DNA from: an uncultured delta proteobacterium
GTDB taxonomy: Bacteria; Desulfobacterota; RBG-13-43-22
Assembly: GCA_963843145.1 (NCBI GenBank)
Contig: CAWJJC010000017.1
Span: 171,594-235,593, forward strand
DNA: 64,000 bases
Direction: 5' to 3'
Shown: one piece after another, positions 41,156 through 51,486 of the stretch
Numbering within the stretch: the first letter of the stretch is position 1
How the letters are laid out: each line of letters opens with the position of its first letter
Program-made: the position numbers and the translations under genes
The notes under the pieces: model-generated
Told to the model about the DNA's origin: nothing
Databases searched by the model: none
Seen by the model: the letters and a program-made list of their open reading frames with translations, nothing else

Positions 41156-42391
41156 ATGCCAGCGTTAAAAGACGCCTTTCAGGTCTACGGCAACCGGCGC
41201 ATGCTCTGCCTGCTGGGACTGGGTTTCTCCTCCGGCCTCCCCTTGGCCCTGACCTCGGGGACCCTCCAGGCCTGGATGACCGTCGAAAAAGTCGATCTGA
41301 CCTTGATCGGTATTTTTTCCCTGGTCGGTCTGCCCTATACCCTGAAGATCCTCTGGGCCCCGATCATGGACCGTTTTTCCCCGCCCTGGCTGGGCCGCCG
41401 CCGCGGCTGGATCCTGCTGGCCCAACTCCTCCTGGCCCTGGGGATCGGGCTGTTAGGTATGACCCAACCCGCCGCCTTTCCTTGGATGGTGGCCTTTATG
41501 GCCTTTATGGTGGCCTTTTTCAGCTCCAGCCAGGATATCGTGGTCGACGCCTACCGCGCGGAGGTGCTGCCGAAAAAAGAACTGGGCGCCGGGGCGGCGG
41601 CCTCGGTCATCGGCTATCGACTGGCCATGCTGGTTTCGGGCGCCCTGGCCCTGATCCTTTCCGATCACCTGCCGTGGTCGACCGTCTACGGTTTCATGGC
41701 GGCGCTGATGATTATGTCCGGAGCGGTTACCTTCTGGGCCCCGGAACCGCAGGAAAAGGTGATCCCCCCGAAAAGCCTGAAGGAAGCCGTCTGGGAACCG
41801 CTGGCCTCCTACTTTAAACGGTCGGGGGCCGTGGAAATGTTGTTTTTCATCATGGTCTTCAAGCTGGGGGATGCCATCGCCGGGGCCATGACCACCCCCT
41901 TTCTGCTGGATATCGGCTTCAGCCGCACCGACGTGGGCACGGTCAATAAAGGCTTCGGGCTGGTCAGCACCATCATCGGGACCCTGGCCGGCGGCAGCCT
42001 CATAGCTAAAATGGGGATCAACCGTTCCCTCTGGGTCTTCGGCTTTTTACAGGCCCTTTCCAACCTGACCTTTACCGTGGTGGCCCTCCTGGGGAAGAAC
42101 TACCCGGCCATGATCGCCGCCATCGGCATCGAAAACATCTGCGGCGGCCTGGGCACCGCGGCCTTCGTGGCCTTCCTGATGAGCCTCTGCGACAAACGTT
42201 TCACCGCCACCCAGTACGCCCTGCTCTCCAGCCTGATGGCCATGAGCCGGGTCCTGGCCGGCGTTCCCACCGGCTTTATGGCCAAAAGCCTGGGTTGGCC
42301 CATGTTCTTCACCGTCAGCATCCTGGGGGCCGTCCCGGGGATCTGGCTCCTGACCCGGTTTGCACCTTGGGGGAAGGCCAGTCAGGAGTAG
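41156..42391 (+). CDS. ampG: AmpG muropeptide MFS permease
   Basis: LGFSSGLP, GRRRGW, QDIVVDAYR, TATQYALLSS. Confidence 0.95.
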   Translation: MPALKDAFQVYGNRRMLCLLGLGFSSGLPLALTSGTLQAWMTVEKVDLTLIGIFSLVGLPYTLKILWAPIMDRFSPPWLGRRRGWILLAQLLLALGIGLLGMTQPAAFPWMVAFMAFMVAFFSSSQDIVVDAYRAEVLPKKELGAGAAASVIGYRLAMLVSGALALILSDHLPWSTVYGFMAALMIMSGAVTFWAPEPQEKVIPPKSLKEAVWEPLASYFKRSGAVEMLFFIMVFKLGDAIAGAMTTPFLLDIGFSRTDVGTVNKGFGLVSTIIGTLAGGSLIAKMGINRSLWVFGFLQALSNLTFTVVALLGKNYPAMIAAIGIENICGGLGTAAFVAFLMSLCDKRFTATQYALLSSLMAMSRVLAGVPTGFMAKSLGWPMFFTVSILGAVPGIWLLTRFAPWGKASQE

Positions 42392-42597
42392 GCGTGAGGG
42401 CTGGCCCCTGGGCCCGGTTTGGTCATGGCTACCTCGCAGCATCGCCCAGTCCTTCCCGGATTTGGTTTCTCTCCACTTCTTCTTTCGAGATTCGAGATGA
42501 TCCTGTCCAGTAACGGAAGGCACAAATTCAGGCCCACCTTGGCTTGCCAGGCTTCACCTGTTTGGCTATACTTTGGATATCCGTAGGAGGTATCGAC

Positions 42598-42846
42598 ATG
42601 ATAACCAAAATCCAAAAATGGGGAAACAGCCAGGGGTTACGTCTTGCGAAGCAGTTGCTCGAAGACGCGCATATTTCGATGGATGAGGAGGTCGACGTTA
42701 CCGCGCGGGACGGACTAATCGTGGTAACGCCGGCCAGACGGGTTCGCGGCAAACGAAGCCTCAAAGAACTTGTGGCGCGCATTCCCAAGAACTACAAGAC
42801 CGAAGAAAAGGATTGGGGTGAGCCCGTAGGCGTAGAGGTTTGGTAG
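42598..42846 (+). CDS. mazE: MazE/AbrB antitoxin
   Basis: KWGNSQGLRL, DWGEPVGVEVW. Confidence 0.93.
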   Translation: MITKIQKWGNSQGLRLAKQLLEDAHISMDEEVDVTARDGLIVVTPARRVRGKRSLKELVARIPKNYKTEEKDWGEPVGVEVW

Positions 42847-43182
42847 GTGAAAACGTATATTCCCCATAAGGGGGACTTTATCGCCGTTACCTTTGACCCC
42901 CAGTCCGGTCATGAGCAAAAAGGGCGTCGTCCCACCCTCGTCGTCAGCAATACCCTATTCAACGAACAAACCGGTCTCACCATAGTCTGCCCCTTGACCT
43001 CCACGGACCGAGGTTACCCTTTTCATGTAGCGGTTACCGAGAACCCACAAGTAAAGGGATTTGTGATGGTAGAACAGGTCAAATCCCTTGATTACCGTAC
43101 CCGTCAGGCTAAGGTCATCGGAAAGGCATCGGATGATCTACTGGACGAGGTCCTATCGATACTGGATGCCTGTATCTATTGA
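42847..43182 (+). CDS. mazF: MazF/PemK toxin
   Basis: FDPQSGHEQKGRRP.LVVS, CPLT, EQVKSLD. Confidence 0.93.
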   Translation: MKTYIPHKGDFIAVTFDPQSGHEQKGRRPTLVVSNTLFNEQTGLTIVCPLTSTDRGYPFHVAVTENPQVKGFVMVEQVKSLDYRTRQAKVIGKASDDLLDEVLSILDACIY

Positions 43183-43310
43183 AGGCCGACCAATTTGGAC
43201 GCACCCCCAAGGGAATAGGGGTCAAATCTTTATTATTTATATGCTGCTAATATCCTATCGCTTCAGCGAAGATGTCAATTTAGGGAGATCGTCGTGAAAG
43301 GATGGTGAGG

Positions 43311-43781
43311 TTAAGAAGCTTCGCAAGGCGGGACCCGTTCCTTCAGCTCGGCTTTCCGGGCCAGGGTCAGCTTGGGCTCCAGCTTCCAGGACTCCGAGGC
43401 GAAGTCATCTTTTTTCTTGATCAGGAGCCATTCGTTGCCCCGGCCCCGGCCCTTGAGCCGGACCAGGGCAAATTCCCCCCGCAGGATCTCGCCTTTTAAG
43501 TTGAAGACAATGCGGTCTTCCTTTTGTTCCAGGAGTTCGAAGGTCCCGGCGTCCCAGACCAGGACCGGTCCGGCGCCGGCCATCCCCTTGGGGATGATGC
43601 CCTCGAAATCGATATACTCCAGAGGGTGATCTTCCACCCTAATGGCCAGGCGTTTTTCCGCCGGGTTCAGGGAGGGACCTTTGGGCACGGCCCAGGAACG
43701 CAGTACCCCTTCCATTTCCAGCCGAAAGTCGAAATGGAGATGGGTGGCATGATGTTCGTGGACGACGAAGCGGGATTTCAT
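43311..43781 (-). CDS. Stand-alone LigD 3'-phosphoesterase domain
   Basis: FVVHEHHATHLHFDFRLE, SWAVPKGP, EDHPLEY. Confidence 0.92.
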   Translation of the reverse strand: MKSRFVVHEHHATHLHFDFRLEMEGVLRSWAVPKGPSLNPAEKRLAIRVEDHPLEYIDFEGIIPKGMAGAGPVLVWDAGTFELLEQKEDRIVFNLKGEILRGEFALVRLKGRGRGNEWLLIKKKDDFASESWKLEPKLTLARKAELKERVPPCEAS

Positions 43782-43845
43782 AATGGTTTTTTTTGCATCA
43801 ATGGCAGATAGATATTATAAATAACGAAACAGGCTCTTTCAATTA

Positions 43846-44158
43846 TTAACAGTCTCATAATCGAATTTACATGGGGTGTTCTTTCTATTTCTCGCCCGCT
43901 TCGCTCGAGTACTCAGAGGGCGCAGAGAAAGATGATATTGTTCTTTGAAAAATCGTTGAGACGCCGATTTTTCAAAAAAACTCACGCCTCCGGCGGGGTT
44001 TTATCCGGCGGAGCAGGAGATTTTTTTTGATTGCCGGCCTCTCAGCGGCAATCAAAGATTATGTATTCTCTGCAATCTCTGCGTGCTCTGTGAGAGATCG
44101 TCTTTTGTCTTTGGTGCGGCGATAAGGGATCCTGTCAATAGTATTTTGAGACCATTAA
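43846..44158. mobile_element. MITE-like element with TTAAC(A/G)GTCTCA(T/A)AA terminal inverted repeats
   Basis: Both ends visible; second copy at 31620-31936; same frame at 52156-52321. Confidence 0.8.
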
Positions 44159-44210
44159 CAAGTTAACGGCATTGGTTCCGACGCCAATGAAACCCTAAAC
44201 ATGTTTATTG

Positions 44211-44792
44211 CTAATCCAATCCCCGCTTCGGCTTCGGGGGACAATAATACACTCCGGGACCGGTGCCCCATTCGGGGTGAAGCCGAAAAACCTCCCCGGA
44301 GGAAACGATCTTGGCTACCCGGCTTTCAGGTTCCCGGAGGTCCCCGAAATGCAGGGCCTGGCCCTCGCAGCAGATGACACAGAAGGGTTCCAGACCCTGG
44401 TCGATGCGGTGAGCACAAAGGTTGCATTTCTCCACCCGGTTGTTGCGGGGGCTGAACCGCAGGGCCTCGAAGGGGCAGGCGGCGATGCAGCCCTGGCAGC
44501 CGTCGCACTTTCCCGGATCGAGCACCACCAGACCGTCCTCCCGCCGGACCAGGGCCTCCAGGGGACAGGCCTCCACACAGGGAGGCTCCTCGCAGTGGTT
44601 GCAGAGCCGGGGCAGAAAATCCATGGTCAGGTTCGGAAACCGGCCCACGGGCGCGTCCGAATGATCGGACCCCCGGGTCTCCACCCGGATGGCGCCCTGC
44701 TCGAAACCGTTTTCAATCCGGCAGGCCACGGTGCAGGCCTGGCACCCGATACAGCGCTCCTGGTCGACAACCAGACCCAGCCGCTTGCTCAT
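44211..44792 (-). CDS. 4Fe-4S subunit (DmsB/NrfC-like)
   Basis: CIGCQAC, CNHCEEPPC, KCNLC. Confidence 0.92.
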   Translation of the reverse strand: MSKRLGLVVDQERCIGCQACTVACRIENGFEQGAIRVETRGSDHSDAPVGRFPNLTMDFLPRLCNHCEEPPCVEACPLEALVRREDGLVVLDPGKCDGCQGCIAACPFEALRFSPRNNRVEKCNLCAHRIDQGLEPFCVICCEGQALHFGDLREPESRVAKIVSSGEVFRLHPEWGTGPGVYYCPPKPKRGLD

Positions 44793-47061
44793 TTCGCTTC
44801 CTCCCGCACCCGCTCCACTTCCACGGCCACGTCATTCATGTGCATGTTGGGTTCGTACACCACGGCCTGGACAGGGTTCACGACGTCATGGGTCAGGTGG
44901 TTGACACTGCCTTCCCGAAATTGATCGATCCACCAACCCTGGGTGATCTGGACCACCCGAGGCCCAACCGCATCCGTCACCCGGGCCCGGAGGGTGACCC
45001 GCCCCCGGTCATTGAAAACGGCCACCAGGTCGCCATCGCTGATCCGTCTTTCCCCGGCATCCTCCGGATTGATCTCCACCAGCGGTTCGGGATTTAAGTC
45101 CAATAGAGAGGGAACATTGGCGAACATGGAATGGGTGCGGAACCGGCTGTGCCCCTGGATGAAGGCTAGCGGGTAGCGGGTCTCGACAGGTCCCAGGGGC
45201 GTTTCCAGGGGTTCCAGGTACACGGGCAAGGCTTGCCCGTACTCGCGCAAAGACTCGCTATAGATTTCAATCTTCTTCGACGGGGTGGAAAAGGGGATGT
45301 CCATCTCCTGGCCTGTGTCCGGGATGTTATACAAGGCCTGAGGCCCCTCCCGGAGTTTTTCCCGGGTAATCCCCTGAACGGAAATGTGGCCGGAATTCAG
45401 GATCAAGTCGATAAACCCCTCTTCTCCGCCGTCAAAATAATCCCCGAACCCCAGCCGCCGGGCCAGACCGGAGGCAATGTCCACGTCGGAGCGCGATTCG
45501 TACAGGGGATCGATGACCTTCTGCTGGAGTTGAACATACGGATAGGGGAAAGGGATCAGGTCCGAGAACTCCAGGTAGGTGCAGACCGGGAGCACGATGT
45601 CCGCGTAGCGGGCCGTGGGAGTCATAAAGAGTTCCGTGGCGACGATGAATTCCAGCCCGGGGATCAGCTCCCGGATGATCTTGCCGCTGTGGGCGCACTG
45701 GTTGACGAAGTTGATGAAAGAAAGCCAGAGGGCCTTCACCGGATAGGGTTTCCCGGAAATGACCGCCTCGTACAGGGGCAAAATCCCCAGACGGGAATAG
45801 GCCGGCTTGGGGGTGTCGGGCTTGAGGAAGGGGTCCCAGTTGAGCACGGCCGGCAAGTGCCCGCCGCGGAAGGTGGCCTGGACGTTCCCGGTTACGGCGG
45901 CCAGCGTTCCCAGGGCCCGCAGGGAAATGTCCCCGTGATAGGTCCGGGTGAAGCCCATGTGGGTGACGAAGGTGACGGACCCGGCCGAGCCGATCCGCTC
46001 GGCCAGTTTCACGATGTCTCCCGCCGCTAGACCGGTGATGTCCGCGGCCCGGGCCGGCGGGTAGGCGGCGGCCAGTTCCCGCAGGAGTTCAAAGGACGGG
46101 CGGCAGGATAGCCCATTGACGGTATAGGTTCCGGTCAGGGCCGCTTCCCCCCCTTAACCTTTCGTTCCCGGGGCGCCTGGGCGTCCCGGTCCCAGACCAC
46201 ATAGTCTTTGCTGCCTTCCAGTCCCATATCCGCGCCGCGGAGGAAGGCGCCGTTGTCGTCCCGCACCAGGTACGGCCCGACCGTGTATTTCCGCAGGAAG
46301 TGCCGGTTTTCCAAACCCTTATCAAAGATCACCTGCATCAGCGCCAGGGCCAGGGCCGTATCCGTTCCGGGCCGCAGACCCAGATAGGCGTCCGCCTTGG
46401 AGGCGGTCACCGTGAAGCGCGGGTCGATGACCACCAGCCGCGCGCCCCGGCCCTTGGCGTCCATGATCGGACGCATCAGGTTCAGGGGCTGGGACTCGCC
46501 CGGGTTGGCCCCCCAGACCACCAGCAGCTCCGGGGTGGTTTTACCTGAGAACAGGGAGCCGAAGAGCAGGGCATAGGGAAACTGGGCGCCGAACAGGACC
46601 TTGCTGCCGCAGGGCAGGCCCGCGTCCCCGTAACCCCAGGCGCTGACCCGGGTAGAGCGGGTCAGGCCGGCCAGGCGGAGATAGGCCCCAAACTTGGTGG
46701 TGCCGGCGCCCGGACCGCCCAGGACCCAGCCGATGGCCGGCCAGCCGTATTGCTCCCCGACCTCCTTGAAGCGTTCGGCAATGGTATCCAGGGCCTCGTC
46801 CCAGGTGATCCGCTCAAATTTCCCCTCGCCCCGCGCGCCCAACCGTTTCAGGGGATGCTGCAGCCGATCGGGGTGGTAGGTGATCTCCAGGCTGGAGAGC
46901 CCGCGCAGACAGATCCGGCGGTACCGGGGATCCGGAAAATCCGCCGGCTCCACCTTGACGACCCGTTTCTCCCTGACATGGGCCAGGATCCCGCAGGCGT
47001 CGATCCCGCAGTGGGCCGGGCAGACGGTCCTGATAATCTGGGTTTCTGTTTTCAGGGACAT
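44789..47061 (-). CDS. Molybdopterin oxidoreductase catalytic subunit (frameshift near 46150)
   Basis: CPAHCGIDAC...C, WGYGD, WGANP, THSMF; no Tat signal. Confidence 0.9.
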
Positions 47062-47331
47062 TACTGAGTATCCTTAGCGCTTGATTCTTTGCTAGAGTAA
47101 TGGAGTATTGTCTATTAAGACCATCTTTCCATTACTATGATTGAAAACTGAACGTCAGCATGCACTATACCTACTGAATCGGCCTCAGGGCAAGGGGTTT
47201 ATCATCCCAGACGCCGCTGCTCAACTGCCTGAAATCCTTAACGCCCCCCCTCCCTAGACGGGAGGGGGTTGGGGGGCATAAGCGCTAACTTAGAAAGATT
47301 GTCATTCCGGCGAAAGCCGGAATCCAGTTCT

Positions 47332-47622
47332 TTAGACTATACTATTATACAGATCCTCCCAATTTCGATTCGTCTTTTCAATTAATTCCAGTTTCCATTT
47401 GCGTTTCCATTCTTTTATCTGCTTTTCCCGATTAATAGCGGCTTCCATGCTCTCGTGCAGTTCATACCAAACCAGTCGATGGACTCCATAGCGTTTGGTA
47501 AACCCTTCGACTAGGTTGTTCTTATGTTCCCAAATCCTTTTAACAAGGTCTGAAGTTACACCAACATACAGGGTCCCATTTCTTTGGCTTGCCAGAACGT
47601 ATACCGCAGGGTGATTATCCAG
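47332..47622 (-). CDS. GIY-YIG nuclease (96 aa, CTG start; absent from the ORF track)
   Basis: PAVYVLASQRNGTLYVGVTSDLVKRIWEHK...REKQIKEWKRKWKLELIE; SD GGAGG upstream. Confidence 0.88.
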   Translation of the reverse strand: MDNHPAVYVLASQRNGTLYVGVTSDLVKRIWEHKNNLVEGFTKRYGVHRLVWYELHESMEAAINREKQIKEWKRKWKLELIEKTNRNWEDLYNSIV

Positions 47623-47753
47623 TGGTGCCTCCCTGGATTCCGGCTTTCGCCGGAATCTGGAGTTTGGACTTTTTATGTCGGTATGTTATTAATTTAGTTG
47701 ACATACATATTTAAAGATGATATCCTCCCGGAAACAATCCGAAGGAGGGCATC

Positions 47754-48092
47754 ATGAACGAATCCCAGGTCCAGGACGTCATTTTTGAAGCGATTGAAAC
47801 CAGCTTGGAAGCCCAATTGCGAGCCGTCCGGCGATTGCGATCCGGTAAAGAAACAGCTCCCCAGCGTAAAATCAGAAAAGGTATGTCCCAGGTAGACATG
47901 GCTTTCGACATACTTTCAAGAACCGAGGGGCCGCTGCATATCAGCGAGATCATCCGTCGGATGGCCGAAGTCCATAATCGCCAAGTCGACCGGGAATCGC
48001 TGGTCTCGTCGCTGGTGAAAAAGGTCCAGCGAGGCGATCGTTTCGTGCGTACCGACAAAAATGTTTTTGGGTTGTTAAAAAAGGCTCGGTAG
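47754..48092 (+). CDS. Winged-helix (HARE-HTH-like) accessory protein inside the IS
   Basis: MAFDILSRTEGPLHISEII...FVRTDKNVFGL; SD GGAGG. Confidence 0.7.
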   Translation: MNESQVQDVIFEAIETSLEAQLRAVRRLRSGKETAPQRKIRKGMSQVDMAFDILSRTEGPLHISEIIRRMAEVHNRQVDRESLVSSLVKKVQRGDRFVRTDKNVFGLLKKAR

Positions 48093-48094
48093 CC

Positions 48095-49471
48095 ATGTTG
48101 CTCCAAACCTTCACCTCGCTGATGGCTGAAGGCTGGCGCCCGGTCTTTGCTCAACAGCGGACCCGGGAACGGGCCGTAGGACAGGCCTTGAGTCTGCCCT
48201 TGGTTCTGGGTCGGCGTACCATTTCCCGAAGTCTGTGCGCCCTGGATCGAGCGGATCGGGATTGGAGCGCGGACTACAAGTTGTTCTCCCGGAGCCCTTG
48301 GAAGGCGGCGGACTTGTTTGATCCCGTTTTGGACGCCTATCTGGGGCGCTATGACCGGGGTCCGGTGACGGTAGCCTTGGATGACAGTTTGTATCCGAAA
48401 ACCGGGAAGAAGATCCCAGGAGCGCGATGGCACAAGGACCCGCTGTCTCCCCCGTTTCGAGTCAACTTGCGTTTTGGTTTGCGGTTTTTGCAGGCCAGTC
48501 TGCTTTTTCCTCTGCATCAGGAGGGTCCCTTTGCGGCGCGGGCTATTCCGATGGCGTTCGACCAGGCCCCCACCGTGAAGAAGCCCGGCAAGCGGGCTAC
48601 CGACGAAGAGTGGCAGGCCTACCGTCGCTTGAAGAAGGAAATCAATCTGTCGTGTTCGGCCGTCCAGCAATTGGAGCGGTTGCGAAAAAGGCTGGACGAT
48701 ACCGGAGCCACCCATCGACGGCTGTGGGCCGTTCTGGACGGTAGTTTTTGTAATCGGACTTTGTTTCGGGCCTCCTGGGATCGGGTGATCCTCCTGGCCC
48801 GCTGTCGCAAAGATGCCCGCTTGTGCTACCCGGCGGCGGGGCCCGGTAAGCGGCGCTACGAGGCCCAGTTGTTTACTCCGGAATCGGTTCGGGCCGATTC
48901 CGGAGTGGTTTGGAAACGAGTCCGGATCTATTACGCGAATCGTCGACGTTGGATCCGAGTGAAAGAACGGAAGAACCTCTTGTGGCGCCGTGGGGCCGGC
49001 ACCCAACTCCTGCGGTTGATCGTGATTGCCCCCCAACCGTATAAAAACTCCAAAAAAGGGCGCACCTACTATCGGGATCCGGCTTATCTGTTGACCACCG
49101 ATGTGACCGCTTCTTTGAAACGACTGGTACAGGCCTATTTTGATCGTTGGCAGATCGAGGTCAATCATCGTGATCAAAAATCCTTGCTCGGGGTAGGTCA
49201 GGCTCAAGTGCATTCCCCAAAGTCCGTCCCCCGGCATCCCGCTTTATCGGTAGCTTCGTATAGTTTGTTGTTAGTGGCTGGCCTCCAAACGTATGGTCCG
49301 GGCCGTTCCCAGGCCCTCGCCCCTCTGCCTAAGTGGAGAAAGCAGCCGCCCCACCGTTTCTCTACGTTGGATCTGTTTACGCAACTGCGTCGTGAAATCA
49401 ACGAAACGTCAGTTTCTCCATTCCCAACACAAAATATATCGAAAAATCTCATGATTTATGCTTATACCTGA
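48095..49471 (+). CDS. DDE transposase
   Basis: VALDDS, VLDGSF, YFDRWQIEVNHRDQK (YREK-like). Confidence 0.9.
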   Translation: MLLQTFTSLMAEGWRPVFAQQRTRERAVGQALSLPLVLGRRTISRSLCALDRADRDWSADYKLFSRSPWKAADLFDPVLDAYLGRYDRGPVTVALDDSLYPKTGKKIPGARWHKDPLSPPFRVNLRFGLRFLQASLLFPLHQEGPFAARAIPMAFDQAPTVKKPGKRATDEEWQAYRRLKKEINLSCSAVQQLERLRKRLDDTGATHRRLWAVLDGSFCNRTLFRASWDRVILLARCRKDARLCYPAAGPGKRRYEAQLFTPESVRADSGVVWKRVRIYYANRRRWIRVKERKNLLWRRGAGTQLLRLIVIAPQPYKNSKKGRTYYRDPAYLLTTDVTASLKRLVQAYFDRWQIEVNHRDQKSLLGVGQAQVHSPKSVPRHPALSVASYSLLLVAGLQTYGPGRSQALAPLPKWRKQPPHRFSTLDLFTQLRREINETSVSPFPTQNISKNLMIYAYT

Positions 49472-49813
49472 CCTGAAAAAGGTCCAAACTCCAGATTCCG
49501 GCTTTCGCCGGAATGACAACATAGAAATCGTCACCTTTTAAGTTAACGCGTATGGGGTTGGGGGGTGGGTGGATCCCCAGATCTTCGACGAATCCGGCCT
49601 CACTCCATTCCTAACTGACTCCATTGTCGGGTCGGGCTAAGCCAATTCTCTCCCCTCAGTCCGGAGATTTTGGAATAATACCCAGAAAGAAAAAGAAAAT
49701 CGGCCTGATGAATTGGTTATTGACAATTCTGGTTTTCAAATGGAACTCTTCTTTGAGGAAAGCCGATGCTGCAGGTCTCTGACGAGTTCTGACGCATTCA
49801 TGTCGAATGAACC

Positions 49814-50866
49814 CTATTTTTCATATTCCTGGAGCGCCGTTACAAAAGCTTCGATATTTTTAATTTTTGCGGGCGGGTAGACATCCGCAGGGGGGCACAC
49901 CGTCGTAAAGCCCAGATCGAGGCAGCGATGGACCTTATCGGTAATCTCTGCCGGCGTCGCTTTGGCCAGCATGTCGAAGCTGCCGCATTCCCCGAAAAGC
50001 GGTATCGCCTCGGGTATCAGCCCCCTGGTCTTTTCGATGTTGCACTCCTTGTCGAGGAGGATGCCATCGGGGTCACAGGCCAGCATGAATTCGATAATTT
50101 CCCTGGAGTTGCCGAAAAAAAAGGTGACTTGGGGCATCTTTTTGGGTTTTAGAATTTCCTGCATGGAGGGCAATAACAGTTTGCGGAAGGTTTTCGGTGC
50201 GATGGATGCACCGCCCCCCTCCACGACAATCATGAAATCAGCACCTGCACGAATGTAAAGATCGATCAATTGATTGATAAAAGTGGTGAGCTGCCCGAAA
50301 AGCCTCAGGGTTTTTTCCGGTTGCTTCAATAGCATCAGGTAAAGCGCATCCATATCCAGCACCTGACCCGCCAGGGTAAAGGGACCGGGGATGAATACCC
50401 CAACCGCCCCTTTATCCCGTGCGCGTTCCTTGAGGGTGCCAATGGTCTTCAATATGGCCGGCATTCGACCTTTTTCAGCCAGGGCATCTGGAATTTCAAT
50501 ATCGTCTTCCGGGGTGAAGGGTTTATCGGCGATGGTCGGGTATACCGGATTCCCATCGAACCCGTCGTGGTATCGGACCCGGGCACCGAGCATTTCCGCT
50601 TCCACATTCAGATCAAAGGGCAGCACCGTCGATTCAAAACCGAACTCAAAGCTCATGAGAGCGGCCTCCGTCATGGCTTGGGAGTCCCTCAGGGTATCAT
50701 TGAACGGCAACCCCCTTTCCTTGAGGCGGGCCAGAGGCAGAAAGGGTCCCATAAGGGTAACCGGCCTGGTTCCCTTCTGAAATTTTTTGATTAAGCGGAC
50801 AAGCGGGTTGCTCTCTTCCATCTTCTCGATTATGCGTTCTGCTCCTTTTTGACGGTGTTTTTCCAT
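49814..50866 (-). CDS. Uroporphyrinogen-decarboxylase-fold methyltransferase (MtaA/CmuA-like)
   Basis: LPFDLNVEAEMLG, PGPFTLA, NIEAF. Confidence 0.8.
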   Translation of the reverse strand: MEKHRQKGAERIIEKMEESNPLVRLIKKFQKGTRPVTLMGPFLPLARLKERGLPFNDTLRDSQAMTEAALMSFEFGFESTVLPFDLNVEAEMLGARVRYHDGFDGNPVYPTIADKPFTPEDDIEIPDALAEKGRMPAILKTIGTLKERARDKGAVGVFIPGPFTLAGQVLDMDALYLMLLKQPEKTLRLFGQLTTFINQLIDLYIRAGADFMIVVEGGGASIAPKTFRKLLLPSMQEILKPKKMPQVTFFFGNSREIIEFMLACDPDGILLDKECNIEKTRGLIPEAIPLFGECGSFDMLAKATPAEITDKVHRCLDLGFTTVCPPADVYPPAKIKNIEAFVTALQEYEK

Positions 50867-51463
50867 CGATTCCGGTCCAGAGCTTCTAGGAGAACATTTT
50901 TCAGGCCATCGACGCCTATTTCTTTACGATCGAGAATTGGGAGACCGGTAAGGTCCACGATCTCATCGATCCTCGACTGGTAATCGTCCAAATCACCCAT
51001 GGCATCCAAAAGAATGATACCATCGAGCATGCTGAACATTTTCACGGGTTCGTTCTTTTGTTTTTCCCCTTATTTTCTCCGAAAATTGGATAAACGCTGG
51101 ATTCAAAAACAGATATTTATGATCCGGGTCCATTTCAAGAAGATTTCCTTGGCCTCCGAGCAGGCAGTCGATGCAGTTCAATCCATCGACCTTGACCGCA
51201 TCGTATTTGTCCATCAGCGTTTTCATTTCACCGTTAAACCCCAGACAGACATCGCCGTAGACGACGATGATGCCTTGCGATCGCAGCTCTGAATACTTTT
51301 TGAGGGCTTCGTTTAGCCCACGATCCAGCAGATTGTAATCCATGTGCAACCGTTCACTCAGGAAATGGACCTCTACATCAATATCGCCTTTTTCCAGGAG
51401 GTGTTCAATTTCTTTTCGCAAAATACCGCAGGAAATCACACAAGGTTTTTCAGGGCGTTTCAT
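50830..51463 (-). CDS. DUF1638 family protein (frameshift near 51045)
   Basis: VISCGIL, LHMD, VYGDVC, NCIDCLLGG. Confidence 0.8.
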
Positions 51464-51486
51464 CTCATACTCCTGAATTCATATTA

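Larger units (their letters stand above)
47657..49494 (+). mobile_element. 1838-bp two-gene insertion sequence (IS4/IS701-like DDE)
   Basis: TIR CTGGAGTTTGGAC(T/C)TTTT; 20-bp flanking direct repeat ATTCCGGCTTTCGCCGGAAT. Confidence 0.92.
47277..49554. mobile_element. Non-autonomous TIR cassette carrying a REP-flanked GIY-YIG gene (with an IS nested inside)
   Basis: 16-bp TIR CATAAGCGCTAACTTA / TAAGTTAACGCGTATG; 11-bp direct repeat GGGTTGGGGGG on both sides. Confidence 0.75.
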
